Of a stretch of 64,000 nt of DNA, positions 1 through 10,400 are shown piece after piece (position 1 is the stretch's first letter; every line of letters begins with the position of its first letter). Made by a program: the position numbers and the translations under genes. Under the pieces are notes generated by a model that saw only the letters and a program-made list of their open reading frames with translations, ran no database searches and was not told where the DNA came from. Source of the stretch: a virus; IMG/VR virus record IMGVR_UViG_3300022902_000004, positions 126,268-190,267 of that record, one strand, 5' to 3'.

Positions 1-3000
1 AACGTCGATCGCCGCCCCGAAGGCATCAAATGTTGGCCCAATTATTTTCGATGTCCTCAATAACTCGTCAGCGTCTATGACCTTAGAAATGCCAATCAAC
101 GCAGACATCAGTGTTTGCATTGAAAAATCAATGTCCATCTGGAGTTTAACAATATCTATTGCCATCAATTTTTTCGTTGACTTAACAATCTTTTTTTCTA
201 AATCGGCGATAGAATCGATGATGCCGATCATCTTGTGTGCCGCAGCCATCTTCGTTATGCTCTTTTTCGCTTTGGCATCATCCTCTGCAGCGAGCATCGC
301 CTTCTCAATCTTGCTAATGTTCTTGCCCGCGGCCAATTTCGCCGACGCCAAAAAATGTTCGCGGTATGTCTGCTGCACGTCGCCCGACATTTTCGAAAAA
401 CCATCTTTGTCAGACGCGATTGCTTTTTGAAGTTGCATTTGGGCGTAGAGACCAATGGCACCTTGTTTGTCACCTTTTTTCAGCGCTTCTTTATACCAAG
501 TTTGCATGAGCTTTTCATTAGCACCTGCTTCTTTGATTACGGCGTTATTGAGCCTGACTGCCGTTGTTTTCACAGCGCCGTTTATGGTTTTCTCAATCTC
601 TCTGAGCTTCTTCATCCCTCCGCCTGTGATATAGTCAGATACGCCAAACGTCATCGCGGAGAGCATTGACTCAGCAAAAACAACTCCCCTGTGCACGCCT
701 AGTTTCGAGAGACGTTTATCTTGTGAATCACCTCCAAATGTGACTGCGTCATACAGCCCAAATGCTGCTGCGACGATTGTTCCCAAGAAAGGTATCGCTT
801 TTAGAGCTGCAGTAATTTTTGGTAAAAACTTGCCGAGACCCTTTACCATTCCTGCCATCCGACCGCCCATTCCTTTCATGAACCCCGAGCCTTTCAGCAT
901 TTTGCCGAACCCGGTGGCCAGGAGCGACCCACCGATGGTTATCATGCTTGATGTGATCGATGATAAAAAACCACTCATGAATGCAGCTCCGGCGACGGTG
1001 GCAACATCCTTAAGCATCGGCTTAATGATTGGCCACAGTGTTTTCCAAATCTTTTCCAGTTGTGGCTTCAGGCTTGTCCATGCATTTCCTAGCGCTGCGA
1101 TAACAGGTTCTAAAAAAGAGCCTGCGCTTGCTTTTGCAGCACCCCCGCCGCCCATGTTGAACAATATTTCAAATATGTTCATGCCATCGGCTCCTTTGCC
1201 CGCCTCTTTCTTGATAGCCGCCGTTAGCTTGTCAAGAAACCCTTGAATTGCTGGCAGTACTGTATCAAACAGCTTCGTTGCAGCCGTTTCAATCGTCAGT
1301 GCTACCCCTTTCATGATGAATCCGGCAAACTTATTAAATCCTGTCTTCAGCTTTGTGAGGATGCTTCCGCCAGGACCTGCTTGTTCTTCGAACACTTTTT
1401 CAATGTTTGTAAAAAACGCGCTCCATCCATTTTCAGACTTGAACAGCTTTTCGAATGCGCCCTTTATACCATCAGTGAAGTTTTTTATCTTTGCAGGATC
1501 AAACAATTCGCTGATAGCTGACAGCATAGTTTTCACGCCAGGGAAATATTTCACAAACATATACGCGACTTCTCGGCCTGCTTTGTGTACCTTCAGAAGT
1601 GCCTTCTGGATATCTTTCAGAGCACCTCGCATTCCGCCTGCCTTCATGAGACCGACACCGAAGCCTTTGATGAACGCGTCGAAGAAGCCGGCATATTTTT
1701 CGACGTTCATCAAGTGATTGAGTTTCTTGATTTGCTTACCAAGATCTTGCATCACTTTCTTTTGTGTAATCTGTTGCTTGCCGGCTTTTTTGGCTTGCTT
1801 CTCAATATTCTCATATGAGAGCCCCTGCTTTTCCAGCGAGAATGCTGCCTCAAGCGCCGTGCCCTCAAGACCGGTTGTTTGCTCGAGGTATTGTCGTTGC
1901 TGGTAGCTCATCTTCGAAATATCGTTTCCGGCATTGAAGAATGATTTCCTCAACATATCAATTTTCTTGGCAGGATTCTGCGCTGCCATCAGCTTCATAG
2001 CGTCGATGTTCATACCGAAACCCTGAGCCAATTCTGATGCAGCCTTTGCCGTGTCAGAAAATCCGGAGAACTTTTTCATCGTGCCGGCCAGTTGCTTCAC
2101 CTCGATACCCAATTTCTTTGCATACACAACCATCGGTGCAAATGCTTTCGGGCCCAGGTGACCAAACGTCGAGACATCTATGTTAAGCTCTGCCATTCCC
2201 TTGGCCATGGTTTTGACACCCATCCCAAACTCTTCAGCCGTTTGCAGCGTTATTTTTGAGAATTCCTCGATTGCCCGGCCGACATCCTTTCCGCGGAGCT
2301 CAGCAATATTCATCAACTGGCCCATGTTTTCAGCCGTGACGCCCAAACCTTTTTGCATCATCGTAAGCTGCAAGCCTGACTCTTGGAAAACCCCTTTCAA
2401 TCGCGTGAACGATTCACCTGTTCCTTGAGCCAATTCGTTTACAGCCTTGAGTGCCCCTGCAATTCCCTCAGCACCGAAACCGAAAACACGAGTAACACTC
2501 AATCCAGTTCCGGCCAGATCTCTTGCTGATTTGCTAATCGTGTTTAGCTGGCTTGCGACAGCTTTTCCTGGCCCTGTGGCAATATCACCGAAAATGTCTC
2601 TAATTTCTTCGAGTGCGTCGGCGATTGCGGTGTTTCTCGGCAGAGTTTGGGCTGTTTCAATAAACGCATCGAATATCTTAAACGGGGTCGATAGGATTGT
2701 GATTCCTAACTCGCCGATTGCGCCTGCGATATTAAGGATTGCACTTCCAACATTTGTCATTGTGCTAAGGCCAGCAGACATTGCATCAGCAAATGCCCCG
2801 AAAACCTTCTTGCCAGTGATCAGAGGCTTTTTTGCCTTCTCCATCTTTTGACCAGTTTCTGCGGCGGCGGTGCCTAGATCACGGTTACCTTCTGCAGCTT
2901 TTTCGCTAGCGATAACATTTGCGTCCAAAGATGTGGTGACATCGTCAATTGCCTTTTGTGCTTCTTTGAGGCCCTCACCTTTCAAAGCATTACGCATCTT

Positions 3001-3123
3001 GACAACCAAATCAAGTTGTGTCGACAAAATCTTAGTTTGAGTATTAAGCAAAGTAGAACGAGCTTTCAACGCTTCGTTCATTTGATTTTGTATTTGTAGT
3101 TGGACTGAACCTTCATCTGCCAT
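1..3123 (-). CDS. tail tape measure protein (partial; ORF runs off window start)
   Basis: Manual reverse-strand translation from ATG (rc of cat at 3121..3123; start MADEGSVQLQIQNQMNEALKAR...) gives >500 codons with no stop. Product is alpha-helical, Ala/Gly/Lys-rich with long low-complexity stretches typical of TMPs. SD GAGGT lies 6 nt upstream. Position downstream of tail tube and two small genes fits a TMP. Not in ORF track because no stop codon occurs inside the window. Confidence 0.6.
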   Translation of the reverse strand, partial: MADEGSVQLQIQNQMNEALKARSTLLNTQTKILSTQLDLVVKMRNALKGEGLKEAQKAIDDVTTSLDANVIASEKAAEGNRDLGTAAAETGQKMEKAKKPLITGKKVFGAFADAMSAGLSTMTNVGSAILNIAGAIGELGITILSTPFKIFDAFIETAQTLPRNTAIADALEEIRDIFGDIATGPGKAVASQLNTISKSARDLAGTGLSVTRVFGFGAEGIAGALKAVNELAQGTGESFTRLKGVFQESGLQLTMMQKGLGVTAENMGQLMNIAELRGKDVGRAIEEFSKITLQTAEEFGMGVKTMAKGMAELNIDVSTFGHLGPKAFAPMVVYAKKLGIEVKQLAGTMKKFSGFSDTAKAASELAQGFGMNIDAMKLMAAQNPAKKIDMLRKSFFNAGNDISKMSYQQRQYLEQTTGLEGTALEAAFSLEKQGLSYENIEKQAKKAGKQQITQKKVMQDLGKQIKKLNHLMNVEKYAGFFDAFIKGFGVGLMKAGGMRGALKDIQKALLKVHKAGREVAYMFVKYFPGVKTMLSAISELFDPAKIKNFTDGIKGAFEKLFKSENGWSAFFTNIEKVFEEQAGPGGSILTKLKTGFNKFAGFIMKGVALTIETAATKLFDTVLPAIQGFLDKLTAAIKKEAGKGADGMNIFEILFNMGGGGAAKASAGSFLEPVIAALGNAWTSLKPQLEKIWKTLWPIIKPMLKDVATVAGAAFMSGFLSSITSSMITIGGSLLATGFGKMLKGSGFMKGMGGRMAGMVKGLGKFLPKITAALKAIPFLGTIVAAAFGLYDAVTFGGDSQDKRLSKLGVHRGVVFAESMLSAMTFGVSDYITGGGMKKLREIEKTINGAVKTTAVRLNNAVIKEAGANEKLMQTWYKEALKKGDKQGAIGLYAQMQLQKAIASDKDGFSKMSGDVQQTYREHFLASAKLAAGKNISKIEKAMLAAEDDAKAKKSITKMAAAHKMIGIIDSIADLEKKIVKSTKKLMAIDIVKLQMDIDFSMQTLMSALIGISKVIDADELLRTSKIIGPTFDAFGAAIDV

Positions 3124-3393
3124 GCCATACCTCTATACTAAATATGACTTCGAAAAAGTTAGGTGAATCTACGTAACCTTGCCGGCACTTGTTCTCTCTG
3201 GCGTCCCATTAATGCTCTTTGGTCTGGAGTGTTGTCAGACGCACTTTTTGATGTGTTGCTTGAATCAATCTCAGTAACAAACCTTTGTACAAACCATTTG
3301 CGTTGCCAAATCGGCAAATTCATCGCGTCATGAAACGTAAAGCCCATGTAATACATCAATGCAAATATAGGCTCGAGGTAGACCTCTTTGTCA

Positions 3394-4248
3394 TTAGGCG
3401 TCAGGCCAAAAAAACGAAGTGCCGATGGGCAGGTCTACCTCCGAAGACTCATAGCAACTTTCACAAGTCATAACGCACTTCATCTCGATGCCCGGCTCAT
3501 TGTCATTCATGAACTTGCGAAGTGCCCGACTGTCTCGGGCTGGCATGTTATGCACAAACATTGCTAGCTTTGAACGGTCTTCGATGTTGTCAACGGCAAC
3601 AACGGCTGCCTGGAGCCGACTGGTCACCATGCTATCGAGATCACCCGACAACTTCTTCTTTCTTTTTCGCTCTGCCGTTAGTGCAATATTTTGCTCGTCG
3701 GCGCCCGTTAGGAACCTGAACGTTACAACCTTCTTGCTGACTGGCAAAGTAAAGGTGAATTTGTTCTCGCCTGGTTCTGACGGTTCAATTTCGAGTCGCT
3801 TGATAGGAAGTTCTGCAAGACTGAATGACTGCTTTTGAGACACATCGCATTCTGGGCAAGGAATTTCGACCTCGTAATCAGAGCCGTACCCTGTAATCCT
3901 GACGGCAACCATTAGCGCATTACGGTCTCCGGAGATAAGCTGATCAACCCGGACTGCTTTGTTTACCAGACATGAACGAAGAAGTGCCGTGATGACAGTG
4001 CCCTTCTTGAGGAGAGCGCGACTGGTTAGAATATCCTCGTCCTTTGCCGTCATGGCCCGGATTTCAAGCGTTTCACAATTGTGCGCCGCCGAACCCTCTG
4101 GGTAGATTTTCCCCTGTGATGGCAGTGGTGCGGCATCAACTGGAATTTCCATTCCAAAATCTTCCCTCATCACATTTCTTGTCTGCATTCCACTAGCTTG
4201 CGCTCGCTGGGCATCGAAAACATGGTTCCCTTCTCTTTTGTTGCTCAC
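3394..4248 (-). CDS. hypothetical protein with two CxxC pairs (zinc-ribbon-like), in tail assembly/baseplate-hub position
   Basis: 284-aa ORF with GTG start preceded by SD AGGAGTG. Motifs CPEC...CESC. Lies between tail tube and TMP genes. Confidence 0.45.
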   Translation of the reverse strand: MSNKREGNHVFDAQRAQASGMQTRNVMREDFGMEIPVDAAPLPSQGKIYPEGSAAHNCETLEIRAMTAKDEDILTSRALLKKGTVITALLRSCLVNKAVRVDQLISGDRNALMVAVRITGYGSDYEVEIPCPECDVSQKQSFSLAELPIKRLEIEPSEPGENKFTFTLPVSKKVVTFRFLTGADEQNIALTAERKRKKKLSGDLDSMVTSRLQAAVVAVDNIEDRSKLAMFVHNMPARDSRALRKFMNDNEPGIEMKCVMTCESCYESSEVDLPIGTSFFWPDA

Positions 4249-4335
4249 GTATCACTCCTGTAATTGTCACCTGCATACTGTAGTCCTGTATGCACGCTTG
4301 TAAACATAAGTATAAGTGTGTGAAAGTCGTAGGAG

Positions 4336-5118
4336 TTAGTTTTCTGTGTCGTGTTTTATGTTATAAAATTCGTCTGCTGCGTTCCACAAAATATCTTCAA
4401 GCTCATGACTTGGAATGCCCAACTTAACATCAATGTATTTTTCTAGTCTTTTAAATGATGAAATCATTGATTCAACGTCTGGTTTTTTGCCCGTAAGATG
4501 GTATGATGAATCCAAAAAATTACCGAAGTTTTCTTTTCCAGGATTGTGTACGCGGGCGTCATCAGATTTTTGTGGGGTTATGGGTTTCTTTTTGTTATCT
4601 AGCGGCGTAGATTCAACGTCAGCGCGCTTGTTTTTGTAATATTTCCAGACGCGCTGAGCTGACGGTGATACACCAGGCTGCCTGTCTGGCATTAATTCAC
4701 CTGTTTCCGCCATGGCTATATCATACATGAGCGGACCAAAATTTTTCGATGCGGCTGGGCCATGCACCATACTAGCACCATTGCTGTTACTTGACGCTTT
4801 TTCTATATCAATCGTCCCCATAATGAATGATTCTGCATGTCCAGCCATTCCATCTGGAAGTATCCCGGCATGGTCGTCAAAATCGGCGAGAATGTCGCTG
4901 ACTGACACTTTACTTGCGCGGGCCATATCCTTAATTTCCTGAATTAGAAAATGTATAAACATACTCCTGTCAAAAAGAATGTACAGGATGTCGCCAGGTC
5001 CATCGCGATCCTTGTATACGGCTAACGCTAAATTGTCATTCGACGCCATTTTGGCGGTACGTGCTTTTTCTTGTAGGAGAGTTGTGCGGACGAAGGTCCT
5101 GATTGATGAGATGTTCAT
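4336..5118 (-). CDS. hypothetical protein (tail assembly module position)
   Basis: 260-aa ORF on the dominant coding strand between tube gene and TMP. No recognizable motifs. Confidence 0.4.
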   Translation of the reverse strand: MNISSIRTFVRTTLLQEKARTAKMASNDNLALAVYKDRDGPGDILYILFDRSMFIHFLIQEIKDMARASKVSVSDILADFDDHAGILPDGMAGHAESFIMGTIDIEKASSNSNGASMVHGPAASKNFGPLMYDIAMAETGELMPDRQPGVSPSAQRVWKYYKNKRADVESTPLDNKKKPITPQKSDDARVHNPGKENFGNFLDSSYHLTGKKPDVESMISSFKRLEKYIDVKLGIPSHELEDILWNAADEFYNIKHDTEN

Positions 5119-5244
5119 ATTACTAATTATCGTGCAGGATGGGTTCTGGACGTATCAATCACCAATGTGTATGTAGTATGTATTGAAATGATTCGGGAAG
5201 CACACGGGATGAGGTGGGACTGTTAGGTGATTGACATGATTGAG

Positions 5245-6048
5245 CTAGTTGTCAAAGTTCAAAGATGGATGTTCGTGCCCGTGGCAAATCTTACATAGAA
5301 CGATTCCGGATACATTTTGTGACGTGTGGTAATCAATCACTTTTTCAACGATTATTCTATTTTGTTCTGGTGTCAAGACATGACAATCAACGTCACTGCG
5401 GAACTTCTTGATTATCGCTGCCATTTTTTCTTTATCATGATGGATGTGCAATTTTGTTGTGCTTGAGCATCTTTCACACTTGAATTTTGCTGCGGCGAGC
5501 TTTGGAAATTTCCATTCGCTGTATAGTCGGTTATTTGAATGGCAAAGAGCACCGATTGTTGACGTTCCGCCTTTCCATTGCGGGTGTTCTGATCCTGTCA
5601 AAGATGGAATAATACCGGCCAATCTATTTTTTGACATTATTTTGCTATACTTTTCTCGTTTTTCGGTTGTCCATGTTTTTGCGACCGATCTTCCGGCAAT
5701 GCGGAGTCTTTCATCATCATGCTTCGTTATCCCTTTATTCCAGACAATCATTTCTCCAGATTTCAACATTTCCCGCCGGGAAGCCTGGCTTTTCTTTTGT
5801 GCGTTTTCATTGTGGCCCCAGTTATTTTTGATACGCGCTTGATGACCTGGGCAAAACTTTGAATATCCTTTTGTGATTCCATGGAATTTTGTCTTTGACA
5901 TGCAACCACAAGCACACGTAGGCTGTTTATGCTTGACAACTGCAGCCAGATATATTGCCTCGCTTGAAAGCTTATGCGCTTTTTGTGCATGAATACGCAA
6001 TGAGTTAATTTTTTCAGTTTTGTAATTACAACTTGGACATAAAAACAT
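5245..6048 (-). CDS. freestanding homing endonuclease-like protein (HNH-like with NUMOD3-like repeats and N-terminal C2H2-type zinc finger)
   Basis: N-terminal CPSC...H...H. Repeats WNKGITKHDDE / EHPQWKGG resemble NUMOD3. C-terminal KLHIHHDKE...LTPEQNRII...CKICHGHEH is HNH-like. Inserted between tube gene and tail assembly genes. Confidence 0.5.
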   Translation of the reverse strand: MFLCPSCNYKTEKINSLRIHAQKAHKLSSEAIYLAAVVKHKQPTCACGCMSKTKFHGITKGYSKFCPGHQARIKNNWGHNENAQKKSQASRREMLKSGEMIVWNKGITKHDDERLRIAGRSVAKTWTTEKREKYSKIMSKNRLAGIIPSLTGSEHPQWKGGTSTIGALCHSNNRLYSEWKFPKLAAAKFKCERCSSTTKLHIHHDKEKMAAIIKKFRSDVDCHVLTPEQNRIIVEKVIDYHTSQNVSGIVLCKICHGHEHPSLNFDN

Positions 6049-6088
6049 AGTCCCTCCCTATGACACTAGTATATCAATGGGAGGGACT
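6049..6088 (-). promoter_or_regulatory. GC-rich hairpin (AGTCCCTCCC-loop20-GGGAGGGACT) sequestering the SD of the HNH-like HEG; doubles as terminator-like structure after tail tube gene
   Basis: The 3' arm GGGAGGGACT directly abuts the HEG ATG (6048) on the minus strand, followed by UUUUUAU. Confidence 0.55.
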
Positions 6089-6117
6089 ATGTAAAACCTC
6101 GTTATCGTAACGTTACA

Positions 6118-6606
6118 TCAAAATTGAAGCACGGCGTTGTCATACCTGACCGTGAGTGCAATCTCTGATGCGTCTGACGTGCTGTAATCTAGTGCACCGA
6201 AATCAGCCGCTGTCAAGAATGCACCACGGATATCCCACAATTCAACGACTGTACCGACCGGATCAAGCATCTTCAACTGAATGTCGCGCTTGTAGAAGTC
6301 TGCGTAGCCTGCTCGACCTGAGACCGACTCGAAGTGTGTTCGAATCCATTCCATAACCTGCTGAGCGCCGGATGGAGCAATTGGGTCGTGAAGCGTAATC
6401 GATAGTGTTTCGAATGTTGCCTTGCCTGCCACATATCGTTTGTGATTGATATACGGAATTTCCAGCTCTTCAATCGCAATGTTTGGTCGCGAGGCAGTCT
6501 TCACAATGAAGGCGTCGATGCCTTCAACAGCAAGGACCCACCTAAACTGACGTTTTGGCTCAAATTTATTCGGAAGCATGTCCGTTACTGATAGTGTTTC
6601 TGCCAT
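6118..6606 (-). CDS. tail tube protein (T4 gp19-like)
   Basis: 162 aa (T4 gp19 is 163 aa). N-terminal RQFRWVLAVEGI and C-terminal ELWDIRGAF...DYSTSDASEIALTVRYDNAVLQF resemble gp19 C-terminus (LWP..VG..LDW...TFEVTLALDYWE). Lies directly downstream of the sheath genes. Confidence 0.7.
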   Translation of the reverse strand: MAETLSVTDMLPNKFEPKRQFRWVLAVEGIDAFIVKTASRPNIAIEELEIPYINHKRYVAGKATFETLSITLHDPIAPSGAQQVMEWIRTHFESVSGRAGYADFYKRDIQLKMLDPVGTVVELWDIRGAFLTAADFGALDYSTSDASEIALTVRYDNAVLQF

Positions 6607-6660
6607 TTTAATCTCCTAAGACTGAGGCTTCGTTATGTTACAGGTCTAAGTATGGTAAAC

Positions 6661-7179
6661 CTAGAATCCCGACAACACAGCTTCCATTTTTTCTGCCATC
6701 TCGTCGTAATTGCTACTTCCGTTGGCACCCATGTTGACGACCTTTCTGCCGTTTACAATGATCCACCCGTTTCTGCCGTCAATTTTTATTTCTGCATCTG
6801 GGTATCGGCGCTTGAATTTTGCCCTCAACGATTTTGCAGCAGACATTGATGCGGGACCTGCTTGGTTATAGCTTCGTTTGCGGGGCTTTCTGCCTGTCGG
6901 TGAGTAACCATAATTCTGATCGCGACCATAATTTTGTTCATTGACCTGTTTCGAAGGTGCCAGTCGATTCGTCATGATCCCATAAACGTCTCCGTTTCCA
7001 AAATCTACGTCGGCCATGTCACCCATTTTGTGCATTTTCTTGACAGTGCCTTTCCTTGTTTTACCAAAGATCTCCGTTGTAACAATATCGCCTGGTTTTA
7101 CTACCTTTCCTACTGGTTTGGCACGCCATGGTGTGCTTTCTCGAATCAAGTTTCTAATTTGTCGTCGTGTGATTTTCAT
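6661..7179 (-). CDS. MKIT-tag family protein (basic; putative capsid-targeted internal protein)
   Basis: Starts MKITRRQIRNLIRE. 172 aa, Lys/Arg-rich. SD AAGGTGGA. Paralog of the 20.7-25.4 kb cluster. Confidence 0.6.
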   Translation of the reverse strand: MKITRRQIRNLIRESTPWRAKPVGKVVKPGDIVTTEIFGKTRKGTVKKMHKMGDMADVDFGNGDVYGIMTNRLAPSKQVNEQNYGRDQNYGYSPTGRKPRKRSYNQAGPASMSAAKSLRAKFKRRYPDAEIKIDGRNGWIIVNGRKVVNMGANGSSNYDEMAEKMEAVLSGF

Positions 7180-7182
7180 GGG

Positions 7183-7440
7183 TTACATCCACCTTTGTAC
7201 TTTTCTATTGAGTACCTTCATCGCCTGATATTTGATTCCTGGTGCTCTAAAACCGCCGCCGATACGTTCAGCCTCATCGTCGATATACCTGATCAGTGAG
7301 TCAATCTCTCTTTCAACGTTTGCCATAAGGTCGTCGCGCTCCTGGTCCTCATCATCAGAAACCGTGCCGTCCGCGTTCATCTCTGAGAGGATCTTCTCTT
7401 CATTGATAAGTCTTCGTAATTGTTTTTTTGTAATTTTCAC
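7183..7440 (-). CDS. MKIT-tag family protein (acidic; putative capsid-targeted internal protein)
   Basis: GTG start, MKITKKQLRRLINEE. SD AGGAA overlaps the sheath stop codon. 85 aa, acidic C-terminus. Confidence 0.55.
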   Translation of the reverse strand: MKITKKQLRRLINEEKILSEMNADGTVSDDEDQERDDLMANVEREIDSLIRYIDDEAERIGGGFRAPGIKYQAMKVLNRKVQRWM

Positions 7441-7449
7441 GTGCTATTC

Positions 7450-10400
7450 CTAGATATTGTTGCTTACCACGAAGTCAAGCGAGACGAACTCGATTGATTT
7501 TGTTGGCTGTAAGAAGATTTTACCGCGGATGGTGTTATTCTCAATGTCAGCCTGTGTCGTTGTCGACGCGTCAATCTTGACCTTGAATCTATCCAACCCA
7601 CCTTGTGACTGGACGGCTGCCAAGATCGGTTGTACCCTCGCTTCAAATGATGCGATTGTAGATGCCTGGTTTGGCTCAAACAAGAATGTTCGTGCCACAT
7701 CTCTGACCTTTCTACGAATGTCGATTAGCAAACGTCGTACGTTCACACGGTCGAGAGCGCTCTGTGCTGCAAGCAATGTTTTCTGGCCGAATACGGTTAC
7801 TCCGGAATTTGCCTGGACGTCACCGATGATTGGGTTGACATCAGCGCTGTAAAGTGCATCACGATTTGCCTGTAGAAGCTCAACCGTTGGATACAATGCA
7901 CTCTGCAAAGCACCTCGTGAGAAGCCTGCAGGTGCGAACCAAGGATGACCAATTGCATCATTCAGTGCCATGGCACCAAGAACAACAGCCGAAGACGGTG
8001 CTTTCACATTCGTCTTGGTTGCAACATCCTGAATTACCACGTCTGGGAAGTATGCTGCCGCAAACGATGAATCCAAAGCCCTCGATTGGAAAGCGTTGAC
8101 CGTGTTCGTCACGCTGATTACCTGAGCTGATGATGTCACGAACGTGTTAACTTCGTCCTTTTCCTCGATGTCCATGACATACAATGCATCAAATCGTCGT
8201 TCGACTGATTCGATTGCGTAGTCTGTAACAGATGAGTGACGAAGTCCAGGGATTGCCAACAACTGAATGTCAACATCCTGTTTTGCTTCCATCACGTCGA
8301 CTGCTTTTCGCAACGCTGCAACGGTTGGTCCGTTCTTGCCGCCCTGCAAAGTCGAGTCATCCATCTCACGACGAACAGCCGTATCGGTGAATTTCGATTT
8401 CTCAGAGTCAAATACGTTGGTTCCGTCATATCCGCCCTGGAGTGGGAATGTGAACTTCAAGTATTTCTGGCTTGGAATGTGCGCAAAATCCTTAGTTGAA
8501 TCCAAGAATCGAACGTTGGTCTTCGAAGTTCCGTCACGGTCATCAAGCGATGATGCCTGCGTTCCATTTCGGCGATACGAAGCAGCTGCCCACTGTTGTG
8601 GGTCTGGCCTGTCATTCGATCCAGTAATAACCTGCACCCTCTCAAGAGAGAAGAAGTTGTTGTTGAAACGGTCAGCGTCGAAAATCGTTCCGCCCACGTC
8701 AGCAGCTCCAGCATTATCACCGACTAGTGGGTTCTGCCAACTTGTGTGGAATTTCGGGTAATACCTTGTGAAGGATAGCAACGATGCATCCAGTTTTTCA
8801 TTCTTGTTAGGAAGTGAAACGCTTGTCTTCGTTTCGAATTGGATTCCCCATGTGAATGACTGCTGGACGTTTTTCTTTGGTGAAGCACCGGTAGAGATCG
8901 ACTCACGCATTGGGATAGGAGGCTGAACAACCCGTTTGAGCAGATCAGATGAAATGCTGGCTGACATCGAACCTCGCAATGTGGCAAAGCTTCCTGTTAG
9001 GATTGAGCCTGCTGTTCCTGCGATTGTTGTGCCTGACGTAATCAAGTGATGAATTCCACGGAAACCTGTTGGCAATGCCGTTGGGTCCAATCGATCATTC
9101 TTCAAGTCGCTACTCAACGTCACTCGGACGTAGTTTGAAACGCTTGGGTAATCACCTTCGACAACGATCTTCTGGTTTCCAGTTGCTGCTTCGAAGTCGA
9201 AGTATGTTCGCTGGTCACCGATTCGCTTTGCAATGTAGTTGTCAGACGACGGATCCAAACTCAAGCCTCTGAATGATTCCAGAACTGCTGGGTTCAAATC
9301 GTTGTCTGTGAAGCGTCGAATCAACACATCGAAAGTGCCGTACTTATTATTCGCCTTTGATGAAGCCGCGATGTTTTCAATCGTGACCTTGACTTCGCCT
9401 GCACCGATGAGACCGTCAGACAATGTTGTTAGTCTGAACAAATCCTTGTTTGCGCCACCGAATTTCTGTGATACGACGAATGGACTGAATGCCGCCTCAA
9501 ACCTGTCCTCGAAGTTCTCGAAGTTAGGTACACCAACGGTTGTTGCCGATGTTGCAGAACCTACGTCCCGGTTGAGTGTCGAAGTCAAAAGCAAAGCAAC
9601 TGGCTCAAGATTTGTGAACCAGACTGTTGGGTTGATCACGCTTGTACCGGTCGCAACAGCAAGTGCTGGATCGATATCGTAGTGCGTATATAGATAATGC
9701 CCAGCATCTTCGATTTTCAATGGGTCTGTGTTGAGCACGTTTACGAAGTAGTTTGGAACGCTGGGGTCGAATGATGCCGTAACAACATTCTTGTATGTTG
9801 CGTTATTTTTGTGACCGTTGAATAGGAGAACGAACTCCTGCTTCGAGTTACTAACATCGACGCTACCAATGTTTCCGCCAGCATTACCGACACCTGATCC
9901 GCCAAATGATGGATAAGCGGCTTCGTTTGCAGCCGGAGCCATGTTACCAGCAAGGTCAAGTGAGTGACTCAATGCCGGGATAACACCAGAAGGTGCCATT
10001 AGCATACCACGGAGAATCGGAGTTGCGTTGACGTTCTTCTGGATGCCAGCGTCGCTAAGGTATGTTGAACCGTTTGACTCAGACATGATAGCTGCCAGCA
10101 TGTATGAACGGCCGAGCGCTCCACCTGGTAAGTTTTCAGCACCTGAATATGAGTTATCGCCGACGAGCCCGTTTGACTGGACAAGCCTATCACCAACAAC
10201 AAATCCTGCGTTGGTTACCTTGCCCTGGTTGTTACCCGTCGAGAGCCTTGCAGAACCGTCACCGGCACCAAGAACACGAACGAATACACCCGAATCGGCG
10301 TTCCTCAACCATTCACGCATTGCAATCGGTCCAAATTTTGTGCCGTCGCTATTCCCGAACGTTGAAATAAAGTCTTGAAATGTTGCCATAGTCACTGGGA

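Noticed and set aside
77-2851. Multiple 60-170-aa plus-strand ORFs (for example 740..1246, 1313..1717, 2447..2851)
   Set aside because: They lie antisense to a continuous >1000-codon reverse-strand ORF (the TMP). Their translations are Pro/Ser/Ala/Phe-rich, as expected for mirror frames. No SD signals.
6335-6355. tRNA T-loop-like GTTCGAATCC sequences (also at about 15985)
   Set aside because: Both lie inside well-supported protein-coding genes (tail tube, structural gene). No cloverleaf partner arms are evident. No tRNA gene could be supported anywhere in the window.
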